Source: Acidobacteriota bacterium (GTDB lineage: Bacteria; Acidobacteriota; Thermoanaerobaculia; UBA5066). From it: a stretch of 64,000 nt of DNA. Positions 8,755-17,274 of this stretch are shown here, piece after piece. The notes below the pieces were generated by a model. The model worked only from the letters and a program-made list of their open reading frames with translations. It did not search any database and had not been told where the DNA came from. Within the stretch, counting starts at the first letter, position 1; each line of letters starts with the position of its first letter. The stretch lies in NCBI GenBank assembly GCA_008363385.1, contig RHKY01000005.1, positions 18,254 through 82,253 on the forward strand. The letters are read 5' to 3'. The translations under genes and the position numbers were made by a program.

Positions 8755-11700
8755 TCAGAAGCCGATCGTCCCTCCCCCGGTCGCCTCGACGCCCCCGGCC
8801 GGGGCGAGGAGGGAGTTCTTCGTGTCGCCGGTCTGGTTGTCGATCGTCGTGACGACGCCGCAGACGAGCCCCGCCGAGCCCGGCACGGCGGTCACGGTCA
8901 CCTGGACGTTCGCCCGGTCCTTCAGCCGGTCCCCCTCCTCCAGCCCCAGCTCCCGGAAGACCGTCGACAGCTGGACCTTCTGGAGCGGCGCCAGCGGGAC
9001 CGTCTTCTCGGCGATCGGGACGGTCCGGTTCCCCGCCTCGTAGAGCCGCACGACGACCGAGGCCGGCTGCCCGAGGACCTCGTTCAGGATCAGGTTCGAG
9101 CGCGTCCCCACGGTGGGGTCGGTCGACTGCTCCAGGCCGTCGAGCGAGAGCGGCACCAGCGAGTCGGCCCCCGTGAGCGACTCGCTCGGCACCGGCACGA
9201 CGGGGAAGGAGTCGCCGAGGGTCCCCTCGTCGGTGTAGGAGAAGACCTTGGCGTAGACGAGGCCGTTCGTCGTGGCCTCGACGAAGACGGGGCCCTGCGA
9301 GGGGACCTTGGAACCGATGCCGAAGAGCTGCTCCAGGACGTTCTCGTACTCCTTCGTCTGCCGCCCGCCGACCGTCACCGGCGGCGGTTTCAGCGTCTTG
9401 CCCGTCTGGAGGTCGTAGTAGGTCAGCGTGAAGGTCGCCGGGGAGGCCGTCAGGCTGGTGAACCCCATCAGCGACTGGAACGTGTAGGGGAGGTCGGGGC
9501 GGTCCTTGAACGTCTTGAAGCCGTTGACGACCGCCGGGACGACGAGCTTCAGGGTCGTGGCGGCCTGGGGGCTGCGCGACCAGGCGGGCTTCCCGAGCGA
9601 CGCCTCGCGGAACCCCGGCGGCTGCAGGCGCCCCGCGACCGGCTGGCTGACGTACGTGACCGAGTCGTCCACGGAGTTGTCGATGACGGTGACGACCCCG
9701 ACGACCGACCCGGCGCCGCGCTCCACCTCCAGCTCGACCCGTGCCTGGTCGAGCGGGCCCGAGACGCCGACCTGGGCCGGCAGACCGGACACCTGCTTCT
9801 GCCCGTATCGCGGGACGGTCACCGGGATCCCGCCCTGCCGCTGGCCGTCCTTGTCGTAGAGGGACACCCTGACGACGGCCTGGTCGCGCCCCGAGGTCTC
9901 GACGAGGATCAGGTTCGTCCGGTAGGCGGCCGTGGCCGTGATGCCGGAGACGACGAAGGGACGCCCGAGCCGCGCCCCCTCCCCGCGCAGGGCCGTCGGC
10001 ATCTGGAAGCCGAACGTCCCGCCGCCCGCCTTGGCCGGGGCGTCGACCTGCGAGGTGACGGAGAGGAACCCGACCTTCTCCTGCGGAGCCCGCACCTCCA
10101 GGGCGCCGGCCACCTGCGGGGAGAGGCCGAAGAGCTGGACCAGCGGGTCCGTCAGGGCGACGACGTCGTTCGGCGGGACGACGACGGTGGCGCGCGAGAC
10201 CCGCGTGGGGTCGTAGCCGTCGGCGTCGGCGGGGGAGAAGACCAGCTCGGCCTGGACCGGGTCGTTCCCCGAGTTGGAGAGCTTGAGGCGCGAGACGAAC
10301 GTGTTCCCCTTGAGAGATGTCGCGCGGACGACCGAGGGGACGACGTACGAGACGGCCCCCGGCGGGAGCGGGGCCCCCCGGCCCCCGACGACCGGCGGGC
10401 GGTCGTTGTCCTGGACGAGGAGGCGGGCCCTCTGCCCCGTCCGCGTCCGGACGGTGAGGTAGGTGTAGCGGGGGTACGCCGAGCCGTTCGGGGCCAGGCC
10501 GCGCTTCGTGTAGAGCTTCACCGTCCGCGAGCCCTCCGCCGGGATCGGCGTCGCGTTCCAGCCCGGTTCGGGGACGAGCCACGCCTCCGGGCCCACCTCG
10601 GCCGCCAGCTCCATCGGGCCGGCGCCCGGGTTGTGGACCTCCACTTCGAGCGGGGGGCGGGCGCCGTCGTCGCCGGGGAGACCCGGGAAGAAGGCGTACT
10701 CGGCGGAGACCCCGCCGACGCGGAAGACGGGCGTGGCGGAGGTGCCGCCGCCGACCTTCAGGTTGACGAAGGCGTACGGGGTCGCGGTCATCCCCGCGCC
10801 CTGCAGCCCGACGACGACGAACCCCTGGTAGGCGCCCGCCACGTCGTTGGCCGGACCGGAGAACCTCACCTCGAAGCTCCTCGGCTGCCGCGGCTGCAGG
10901 ACGACGCCGAAGACGTCTCCCCCGTCGGTGTCGACGATCGTGAAGAACGGCGGCGAGGCGATCTCCTGCTTGCCGAGGAACGCCGTGACCGGAGCGCTGC
11001 CGAGGTTCTCCAGGGCGAACTTCGTCGAGACGGTCTCCAGCCGCTGGCCCAGCTCCGTGACGACGGCCTGCGGCTGGAGCGTGAAGACGACGTTCGGGAC
11101 GCCCGCCGTCACGGTGACGGCGGCCGTGGCCGACGGGGGGCCGGCGGGGAACGAGCCGCAGCCGGCCACCGCGCGGACGCGGTGGTGGATCGTCCCGGGC
11201 GAGGCGGCGGCGAACGCGGCGTGCCGGGCGCGGGTCAGCTGGCGGTCGATCAGCGCCCCGAACGAGGACGAGGTCGACCGCTCGACGACGTAGGCGCCGC
11301 GGTCGTCCAGCCCCGGCGCCTCGTCCCAGACGAGGACGTACGTCTGCCCGACGCCGACCGCCAAGGGGGCGAAGAGGATCGTCGGCGCCCCGGGCGCCTC
11401 GCAGGTCGAGGAGACCGTGAAGGCGCGCGTCGGCGAGGAGAGGTCCTGGGCCGGGTCGCAGGCCGAGCGGGCGACGACCCTCCATCGGTACGTCGTGCCC
11501 GGGGTGAGGCCCGAGAGGCGCGCGGAGGTGCCGACGAGGTCGGCGACGTAGAGGGGCGGGTTCGCGTCGGTGCCCACGTAGAGGTCGTAGCTTCCGGCGT
11601 TTGCCGAGGCCGACCAGGTCAGCTGGGGCGCCGTCCCCGTGCTCCCGCCGTCCGCCGGCGCCGTCAGGCCGAAGGCCCCGGGGGGGGCGCAGCTCCCCGC

Positions 11701-14370
11701 CACGGTGAAGGACCGGACGGGCGTGGGAGTCGTCTTCGTCCGGTCGCAGGAGGCGTGGGCGACGACGAACCACCAGTACGTCGTCCCGCTCGCCAGCGCG
11801 GCCCCCGTGGCCGCCGCCGGCGCCGCGCTCGTCGCGGTGAGCCCGGAAGCGGCGAGCGGGGGAGGGTTCGACGTCCCGAAGTAGAGGTCGTACGTCACGG
11901 CGCCCGCCGCGGGCTGCCACGACAGCGTCGGCGTCGCCGAGACGCCGGTGGCCCCGGCGGAGGGCGAGGAGAGCTCGAAGGCGCCGGGGGCCGTGCAGCC
12001 GGCCGAGGTCGTGAACGTCCGCACCTCGGACGTCGCCGTGGAGACCGGCGTGCAGAACGGGTCGCCCTTGGCCTCGACGCTCCAGAAGAGGGCCGTCCCG
12101 GGCGGGAGGTTCGAGGCGGTGAAGCTCGTCGACGAGAGGTTCGTCGCCACGACGCGCTGCGGCGGGTTCGCCGTGTCCAGCCGGAGGTCGTATCGGAAGG
12201 CGCCGGAGGCGGCCCCCCACGAGAAGGTGACCGCGCCGGAGAGCCCAGACGCCCCGGCCGCCGGGGAGGTCAGCGCGGGGGCCGAGACCGTCACGCACGC
12301 CGGCACCACCCGGACCCGGTTGGCGCCCGAGTCGGAGACGAAGACGTCCCCGCGCTTCGTCACGGCCACGGCGGTCGGCAAGGTCAGGCCGGCCTCCGTC
12401 GCCCGGCCGCCGTCGCCGAAGAAGCCCTGGAGGTCGCTCCCCGCCACGGTCGTGATCGTGCCGGCGGGGTCCACCTTCCGGACGCGGCCGCCGTAGTAGT
12501 CCGAGACGTAGACGCTGCCGTCGGAGCCCGCCCAGACGTCGGAGGGGGTGTCGAGGTAGGCGGCCGTCGCGGGGCCGCCGTCGCCCAGGGTGTCGCCGCC
12601 TCCGGCGAACGTCGTGATCGTCCCGGCGGGGTCGATCCGGCGGACGCGACCGCGGTCGCAGGAGACGTAGAGGTTGCCGGCGGCGTCGAGCGCCACGCCG
12701 TTCGGGTGGGAGAGGCGCGCCTGCGTGGCCGGCCCGCCGTCGCCCGTGTGGTCGTCCTCGCCGGTGCCGGCGACCGTCCGGATCGTCCGCGTCGAGGCGT
12801 CCACCCGCCGGACGAGGTTCGTCCCCGGGTCGGCGACGTAGAGGTTCCCCTCGGAGTCCACGGCGATCCCCCACGGCGACTCCAGCCGGGCGGCCGTCGC
12901 GGGGACCCCGTCCCCCGTCTGGTCGCCGCCGCCGGCGTACGTCCGGATCACGCCGGTGCCGGCCTCCACCCGGCGGATCCGCGGGCCGTACGCCTCGGCG
13001 ATGTAGGCGTTCCCCCCCGCGTCGAACGCGACGTCGACCGGGAACTCGAGCCGCGCCCCGAGGGCGGGCCCGCCGTCGGAGCCGTTCGCCCCTCCGGCCA
13101 CCGTCGTGATGACGCGCGTGGCGCCGTCCACCTTCCGGATCCGCCCGTTCCCGGCGTCGGCGAGGTAGAGGTTCCCGGACGGGTCGAACCGCATCCGGTA
13201 GGGCTCCCTCAGCCCGCCGGCCGTCGCCGGCCGGCCGTCGCCGGTGTAGCCGAAGAGGCCGTTGCCGGCGACGGTGGTGATGACCCCCTCCGCGTCGATC
13301 TTCCGGACACGGTGGTTCTCCCAGTCCCCGATGTGGAGCGCGCCCTCGCGGTCGAAGGCGAGCCCGACCGGGTTGACGAGCGCCAGGACCGCCGGTCCCC
13401 CGTCGCCGCCGTACCCGGACCCGCCCGATCCCGCGATCGTCGTGATGACGCCCGTCGCGCGGTCCACGCGCCGGACCCGCCCGTTCCCGAAGTCCGCGAC
13501 GAAGAGGTTCCCGCCGCCGTCCACCGCCAGGGCGTTGGGCCACTGCAGCTGGGCCTGGGTGGCGGGGCCCCCGTCCCCCTCGTACCCCTGCGTCCCGGTC
13601 CCGGCCACCGTCGTGATCGTCCCGGTCGCGCGCGCCACCCTCCGGACCCGCGCCCCCTCCTCCTCGGCGACGAAGAGGTTCCCCTCCGCGTCGAAGGCCA
13701 GGCCGATCGGGTCGTTCACGGACGCCGCCGTCGCCGGACCGCCGTCCCCCGTGGAGGCCGCCGTGCCGTTGCCGGCGACGGTGGTGACCACGCCGGCCGT
13801 CGTCGAGACCCGACGGACCCGGTTGTTGTACGTGTCGGTGAAGTAGAGGTCGCCGTCGGGCCCGAAGGCCAGCTGGGAGGGAGAGCTCAGCGCGGCCAGA
13901 GCCGCGGGTCCGCCGTCGCCCCCGAAGCCCCCTTCCCCCGTCCCCGCGAACGTCGTGATCACGCGCGTCGCGGCGTCCACCTTCCGGATCCGGTTGTTCC
14001 CGCTGTCGGCGACGTACAGGTTGCCGCTCGCGTCGAAGGCCACTCCCGCTGGGTAGGCGAGGGAGGCGCCGTTCGCCGGCTGCCCCTCCCCGGCGAAGCC
14101 GCGGGCCCCCGTCCCGGCGAGCGTCGTGATGACGCCGCTCGCGCGGTCGACCCTTCGGACGCGGTGGTTCTGGAGCTCGGCGAAGACGAGGTTGCCCTGC
14201 GGGTCGAAGCCGACGCCGGCCGGGTAGGCCAGGCCGGCCTGGACGGCGGGCCGGCCGTCGTCGCTGCCGCCCCCCGCGAAGGTGAAGATCGACTGGGCCG
14301 GCGCGCGGCTCGAGGCCGCGGCCGCGCCCGCGAGGACCACGAGGACCGCGGTCCGGCGCCAGCTCGGCAT
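8755..14370 (-). CDS. Giant secreted protein: 12 NHL repeats + 4 FN3-like Cys-bracketed domains + beta-sandwich repeats
   Basis: 1871-aa ORF of normal composition with a signal peptide (TAVLVVLAGAAAASSRAPAQS). Twelve units match GDGGPA..A.L..P.G(V/L)A.D..GNL(Y/F)(V/I)AD..N.R(V/I)R(R/K)VD...G.ITT(V/F)AG. There are repeated C..PGAF.L..P......L.W......YDLY.GT..NPP modules. The C-terminal domains end in VVGVVTVIDNSVDDSVTY and GVVTTIDNQTGDT. Confidence 0.85.
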   Translation of the reverse strand: MPSWRRTAVLVVLAGAAAASSRAPAQSIFTFAGGGSDDGRPAVQAGLAYPAGVGFDPQGNLVFAELQNHRVRRVDRASGVITTLAGTGARGFAGEGQPANGASLAYPAGVAFDASGNLYVADSGNNRIRKVDAATRVITTFAGTGEGGFGGDGGPAALAALSSPSQLAFGPDGDLYFTDTYNNRVRRVSTTAGVVTTVAGNGTAASTGDGGPATAASVNDPIGLAFDAEGNLFVAEEEGARVRRVARATGTITTVAGTGTQGYEGDGGPATQAQLQWPNALAVDGGGNLFVADFGNGRVRRVDRATGVITTIAGSGGSGYGGDGGPAVLALVNPVGLAFDREGALHIGDWENHRVRKIDAEGVITTVAGNGLFGYTGDGRPATAGGLREPYRMRFDPSGNLYLADAGNGRIRKVDGATRVITTVAGGANGSDGGPALGARLEFPVDVAFDAGGNAYIAEAYGPRIRRVEAGTGVIRTYAGGGDQTGDGVPATAARLESPWGIAVDSEGNLYVADPGTNLVRRVDASTRTIRTVAGTGEDDHTGDGGPATQARLSHPNGVALDAAGNLYVSCDRGRVRRIDPAGTITTFAGGGDTLGDGGPATAAYLDTPSDVWAGSDGSVYVSDYYGGRVRKVDPAGTITTVAGSDLQGFFGDGGRATEAGLTLPTAVAVTKRGDVFVSDSGANRVRVVPACVTVSAPALTSPAAGASGLSGAVTFSWGAASGAFRYDLRLDTANPPQRVVATNLSSTSFTASNLPPGTALFWSVEAKGDPFCTPVSTATSEVRTFTTSAGCTAPGAFELSSPSAGATGVSATPTLSWQPAAGAVTYDLYFGTSNPPPLAASGLTATSAAPAAATGAALASGTTYWWFVVAHASCDRTKTTPTPVRSFTVAGSCAPPGAFGLTAPADGGSTGTAPQLTWSASANAGSYDLYVGTDANPPLYVADLVGTSARLSGLTPGTTYRWRVVARSACDPAQDLSSPTRAFTVSSTCEAPGAPTILFAPLAVGVGQTYVLVWDEAPGLDDRGAYVVERSTSSSFGALIDRQLTRARHAAFAAASPGTIHHRVRAVAGCGSFPAGPPSATAAVTVTAGVPNVVFTLQPQAVVTELGQRLETVSTKFALENLGSAPVTAFLGKQEIASPPFFTIVDTDGGDVFGVVLQPRQPRSFEVRFSGPANDVAGAYQGFVVVGLQGAGMTATPYAFVNLKVGGGTSATPVFRVGGVSAEYAFFPGLPGDDGARPPLEVEVHNPGAGPMELAAEVGPEAWLVPEPGWNATPIPAEGSRTVKLYTKRGLAPNGSAYPRYTYLTVRTRTGQRARLLVQDNDRPPVVGGRGAPLPPGAVSYVVPSVVRATSLKGNTFVSRLKLSNSGNDPVQAELVFSPADADGYDPTRVSRATVVVPPNDVVALTDPLVQLFGLSPQVAGALEVRAPQEKVGFLSVTSQVDAPAKAGGGTFGFQMPTALRGEGARLGRPFVVSGITATAAYRTNLILVETSGRDQAVVRVSLYDKDGQRQGGIPVTVPRYGQKQVSGLPAQVGVSGPLDQARVELEVERGAGSVVGVVTVIDNSVDDSVTYVSQPVAGRLQPPGFREASLGKPAWSRSPQAATTLKLVVPAVVNGFKTFKDRPDLPYTFQSLMGFTSLTASPATFTLTYYDLQTGKTLKPPPVTVGGRQTKEYENVLEQLFGIGSKVPSQGPVFVEATTNGLVYAKVFSYTDEGTLGDSFPVVPVPSESLTGADSLVPLSLDGLEQSTDPTVGTRSNLILNEVLGQPASVVVRLYEAGNRTVPIAEKTVPLAPLQKVQLSTVFRELGLEEGDRLKDRANVQVTVTAVPGSAGLVCGVVTTIDNQTGDTKNSLLAPAGGVEATGGGTIGF
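12300..14292 (-). repeat. Twelve tandem NHL-type coding repeats (two predicted six-bladed propellers)
   Basis: Counted directly in the translation of 8755-14370, from IFTFAGGGSDDG to RVRVVPAC. Each unit is about 55-58 aa. Confidence 0.8.
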
Positions 14371-14512
14371 GGGGCACCTCCCCGGGGACGTAGTGAAGGC
14401 TCTGGGCCCATCCTATCGCGCCTGTGACGGCGCGCACGGCGCGCGGGTTTACGCGGCGCACGCCGCCCCCGCCGGCCCCGTGACGGGGCTCACGGCGGCG
14501 CCCTCCCGCCCG

Positions 14513-16054
14513 TCAGTCCAGGAGGCGGACGGCCTCGTCGCCGGGGACGAACTGGACGGTCTCCACGCGGGTCTGGCCGGCACGGACCTCGACGACGAGG
14601 CGCCGGGTCTCGGGGCCGACTCCGGAGGCGACCTCCACGCGGTAGCGTCCTGGCGGCAGATCCAGCCGGAGCGGCGTCGTCAGGCCGCGGGGCAGGGGGA
14701 CGGGCTCTCCCGTGGCGTCGTCGAGGACGGAGCGGACCGTCCCCCAGGGGAGGGCCGTCAGGGCGAGCGTGCCCGGCGGAGCGGAGGGGGCCGGGGCTCG
14801 CGGGCCGGCCGCCGCCGGGACGGGAGCGGAGGACGGGGCCGGCTCGCGAAGGAGGAGGTACGTCCCGACCGCCAGGACCGTGGCCGCCGCCAGGGCGGCG
14901 CCGGAGAGGAGGAGGGCCCGCCGGCGGGACCGGCGTCCGAGCCCGGCGCGAGCTCCGTCCGCGGGGCGCTCCGCCGAGAGCGCCACGGTGGGCTCGTGCT
15001 CGTCGAGGCCCGTCAGCGCGCGCGTCTCCCGCGTGACCACGCCGCGGGTCACCCCCGCGGTCATCGGCCCGGTGGCCAGCGTCGGCTCGCCGTCGTCCTT
15101 CCACGGCATCGTCTCCCGCGTGGGGGGGACGACGGTGGCGGCGGTCGGCGGGGAGGCCTCGGCTCCCGGCGGGAGGGCGGGCGGCTCCACCCCGGCCTGG
15201 CGGAGCGCGGCGCGGAAGAGGTCCCCGATCTCGCGGTAGCTCGCCGGCCGCTCCTCCCGGTGCTTGGCCATCATGCGCCGGACGACGTCCGCGACGGAGT
15301 CCGGGATCGGAGGGTTCCCCTCGGGGGCGGCGAGCGGCGGCGCCGGCTCGGCGAGGTGGAGGGAGATGAACCCGATCGGCGAGTCGGCCTCGAACGGGAG
15401 CGAGCCCGACAGGAGCCGGAAGAAGATCACGCCGAGGGTGTAGAGGTCGCTCCTCCAGTCGAGCGACTCGCCCTCGCGGAGCATCCCGATCTGCTCGGGC
15501 GACCAGTAGGGGGGCTTCCCCATCAGGAGGCCGGTCCGGGTGAAGTTGTGGATCGTCTCCTGCGCCGTCGTGACCTTGGCGATCCCGAAGTCGAGGATCT
15601 TGGCACGCGGGCCGCCGCCCTCGGCGACGACGAAGATGTTGTCGGGGGAGAGGTCCCGGTGGACGATCGCTCGCTCGGCCAGGTACTCCATCCCGTCGCA
15701 GACCTGGACGAAGAGGGGGAGCAGGGCGGGCCAGGGCCGCGCGGAGAAGGCCGAGAGCGGCTGGCCCGACAGGAGCTCCATGGCGAACCAGCTCTGCCCC
15801 TGGTGAACGCCCACCTCGTAGAACGAGACGATGTTCGGGTGGCGGAGCGACTCCAGGATCCGCGACTCGCGGACGAACCGGCGGGCCGAGTCGTCGCCGC
15901 TCCCGAGCGAGGCTGCCGAGACCACCTTCAGCGCGACGAGCCGTTCCGGGCGGCGCTGGTCCTGCGCGCACCAGACGACGCCCATTCCCCCCTCGCCCAG
16001 CTTCCGGAGGGGCTTGTAGGGGCCGACCGAGCGCGGCATCGGGGTCGAGGACAT
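14513..16054 (-). CDS. Ser/Thr protein kinase with one TM helix and PEGA-like domain (STK2, paralog of STK1)
   Basis: Kinase motifs GEGGMGVVWCA, HRDLSPDNIFV, DFGIAKV, YWSPEQ. TM segment ALLLSGAALAAATVLAVGTYLLL. The C-terminal end has LALTALPWGTV...PPGRYRVEV. An alternative start is the Met six codons downstream (16039). Confidence 0.85.
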   Translation of the reverse strand: MSSTPMPRSVGPYKPLRKLGEGGMGVVWCAQDQRRPERLVALKVVSAASLGSGDDSARRFVRESRILESLRHPNIVSFYEVGVHQGQSWFAMELLSGQPLSAFSARPWPALLPLFVQVCDGMEYLAERAIVHRDLSPDNIFVVAEGGGPRAKILDFGIAKVTTAQETIHNFTRTGLLMGKPPYWSPEQIGMLREGESLDWRSDLYTLGVIFFRLLSGSLPFEADSPIGFISLHLAEPAPPLAAPEGNPPIPDSVADVVRRMMAKHREERPASYREIGDLFRAALRQAGVEPPALPPGAEASPPTAATVVPPTRETMPWKDDGEPTLATGPMTAGVTRGVVTRETRALTGLDEHEPTVALSAERPADGARAGLGRRSRRRALLLSGAALAAATVLAVGTYLLLREPAPSSAPVPAAAGPRAPAPSAPPGTLALTALPWGTVRSVLDDATGEPVPLPRGLTTPLRLDLPPGRYRVEVASGVGPETRRLVVEVRAGQTRVETVQFVPGDEAVRLLD

Positions 16055-16088
16055 GGGGAGCGTCTGCTACTGTAGGTTCCGCCCTCCG

Positions 16089-17051
16089 ATGCGGCAAGGC
16101 GCTCCCCTCCCGGCCTCGCCGAAAGGGCGCCGAGGGGCGTCCCGCGCCCGCGTGCCGGCCGTCGCGCTCCTGGTCGCCGTCCTCCTGCCCTCCCCCCCGC
16201 TCCGCGCCGACCGCCGGGACCAGAAGGCCGCGGACCTCTACACCGAGGCGGTGGCGCTCGTGAAGAAAGGGCGGTACCCGGAGGCGGCCGAGCGGCTGAA
16301 CCGGGCGCTCGAGCGCGGCGCCACGGAGCCGAACGAGATGCAGGGGACCGAGACGAGGTACCTGGCCAAGAGGTACGACCCGTACTACTGGCTCGGCGTC
16401 GCCCAGATGGAGATGGGGCTGACCGAGCAGGCGCTGGCGAACCTGGAGAAGTCGGAGACGTACGGCCTCGTGAAGAAGTGGCCCCAGGAGTGGGCCGACC
16501 TCTCCCGGCGGAAGTCCCTCCTCCTCGCGAAGCTCTCTCCTTCGCCCGCCCCGAGCCCGGTGGCGGCGGTGGTGGCGGCGGCGGAGCCGGCCACCGCCGC
16601 CGCGACGCCCGTGCTCGTGGCCGCACCGCCCCCGACCTCGACGCCCGTGACGGTCCGGCTCCCGTCCCCCGCCGCGGAGCCGGTCGCTTCCGGCGAGCGC
16701 CGCCCCGCGCTGCCGCCGTCGGCGGCGGAGGTGCTCGCGGAGGCGCTGGGGGCGCTCGGCGCCGGCCGGCTCGGGGAGGCCGAGCGGCGGGCCGCCGACG
16801 CGGCCGTCCTCGATCCGCTCTCGCCGCGGCCCGACGTCCTCAGGGCCTGCGTCCTGGGGACGCGCTACGTCCTCGACGGGGAGAAGGACCCTGCCCTCCT
16901 CGAACGGGCGCGCGAGGCGCTCGCAGCGTGGCGGCGGAAGGCGGGGCCAGGACGCCCGCTCCCGCCGCTCCTCTCTCCGGCGCTCCGGCTGCTCTTGGCG
17001 GCCACGCCCGGTCCGGCCCGACCAGCGGCGCCTCCGCCGGCAGCGGAGTGA
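16089..17051 (+). CDS. Secreted TPR-like protein with Pro/Ala-rich linker (TPR2, paralog of TPR1)
   Basis: Signal-like VPAVALLVAVLLPSPPLRA. TPR-like AADLYTEAVALVKKGRYPEAAERLNRAL...YYWLGVAQMEMGLTEQALANLEKS, then a Pro/Ala linker and a C-terminal helical part. The ATG at 16053 overlaps the STK2 start on the other strand (CATG), so ATG 16089 is preferred. Confidence 0.6.
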   Translation: MRQGAPLPASPKGRRGASRARVPAVALLVAVLLPSPPLRADRRDQKAADLYTEAVALVKKGRYPEAAERLNRALERGATEPNEMQGTETRYLAKRYDPYYWLGVAQMEMGLTEQALANLEKSETYGLVKKWPQEWADLSRRKSLLLAKLSPSPAPSPVAAVVAAAEPATAAATPVLVAAPPPTSTPVTVRLPSPAAEPVASGERRPALPPSAAEVLAEALGALGAGRLGEAERRAADAAVLDPLSPRPDVLRACVLGTRYVLDGEKDPALLERAREALAAWRRKAGPGRPLPPLLSPALRLLLAATPGPARPAAPPPAAE

Positions 17052-17186
17052 CGCCGCGGAGGGACCTCCCCGCAGCCGTCCAGGCCTCCCCCCTCCGCCG
17101 GCCTCTCCGGCGCCCGCTCCACGGTCCTCGTCCAGGGGACGAACGACCCGTCCTCCTTCGCGGCGGGCCTGGCGAGCAGCTGGTAG
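17052..17186 (+). pseudogene. Orphan 3' fragment of the beta-sandwich-repeat gene family
   Basis: Reads ...LSGARSTVLVQGTNDPSSFAAGLASSW-stop (stop 17184-17186). This matches the C-terminal tails at 4545-4627 and 1699-1731. No upstream body of such a gene is present. Confidence 0.5.
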
Positions 17187-17274
17187 CGGCCCGCCCGGTC
17201 GGAGCGGGCCTCCCGGCCCGGCGGCCGGAGCCGCCCGCGCGCCGACTCTCCGCCGGACGATAGACTCTCCGGGC

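Noticed and set aside
8129-14461. 2110-aa minus-strand ORF, the 1264-aa plus-strand ORF 10633-14427, and many shorter ORFs overlapping the giant gene
   Set aside because: Their translations are monotonous Arg/Gly/Pro/Asp-rich strings with no motifs. They are alternate-frame or antisense shadows typical of very GC-rich DNA. Frame 8755-14370 has normal composition, a signal peptide and clear domain repeats.
17049-17051. Selenocysteine or programmed readthrough at the TPR2 TGA, joining it to the in-frame tail
   Set aside because: No SECIS-like hairpin follows this TGA. The intervening sequence (RRGGTSPQPSRPPPS) is low complexity. The in-frame position has a one-in-three chance of arising by coincidence. 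A deletion remnant is more plausible.
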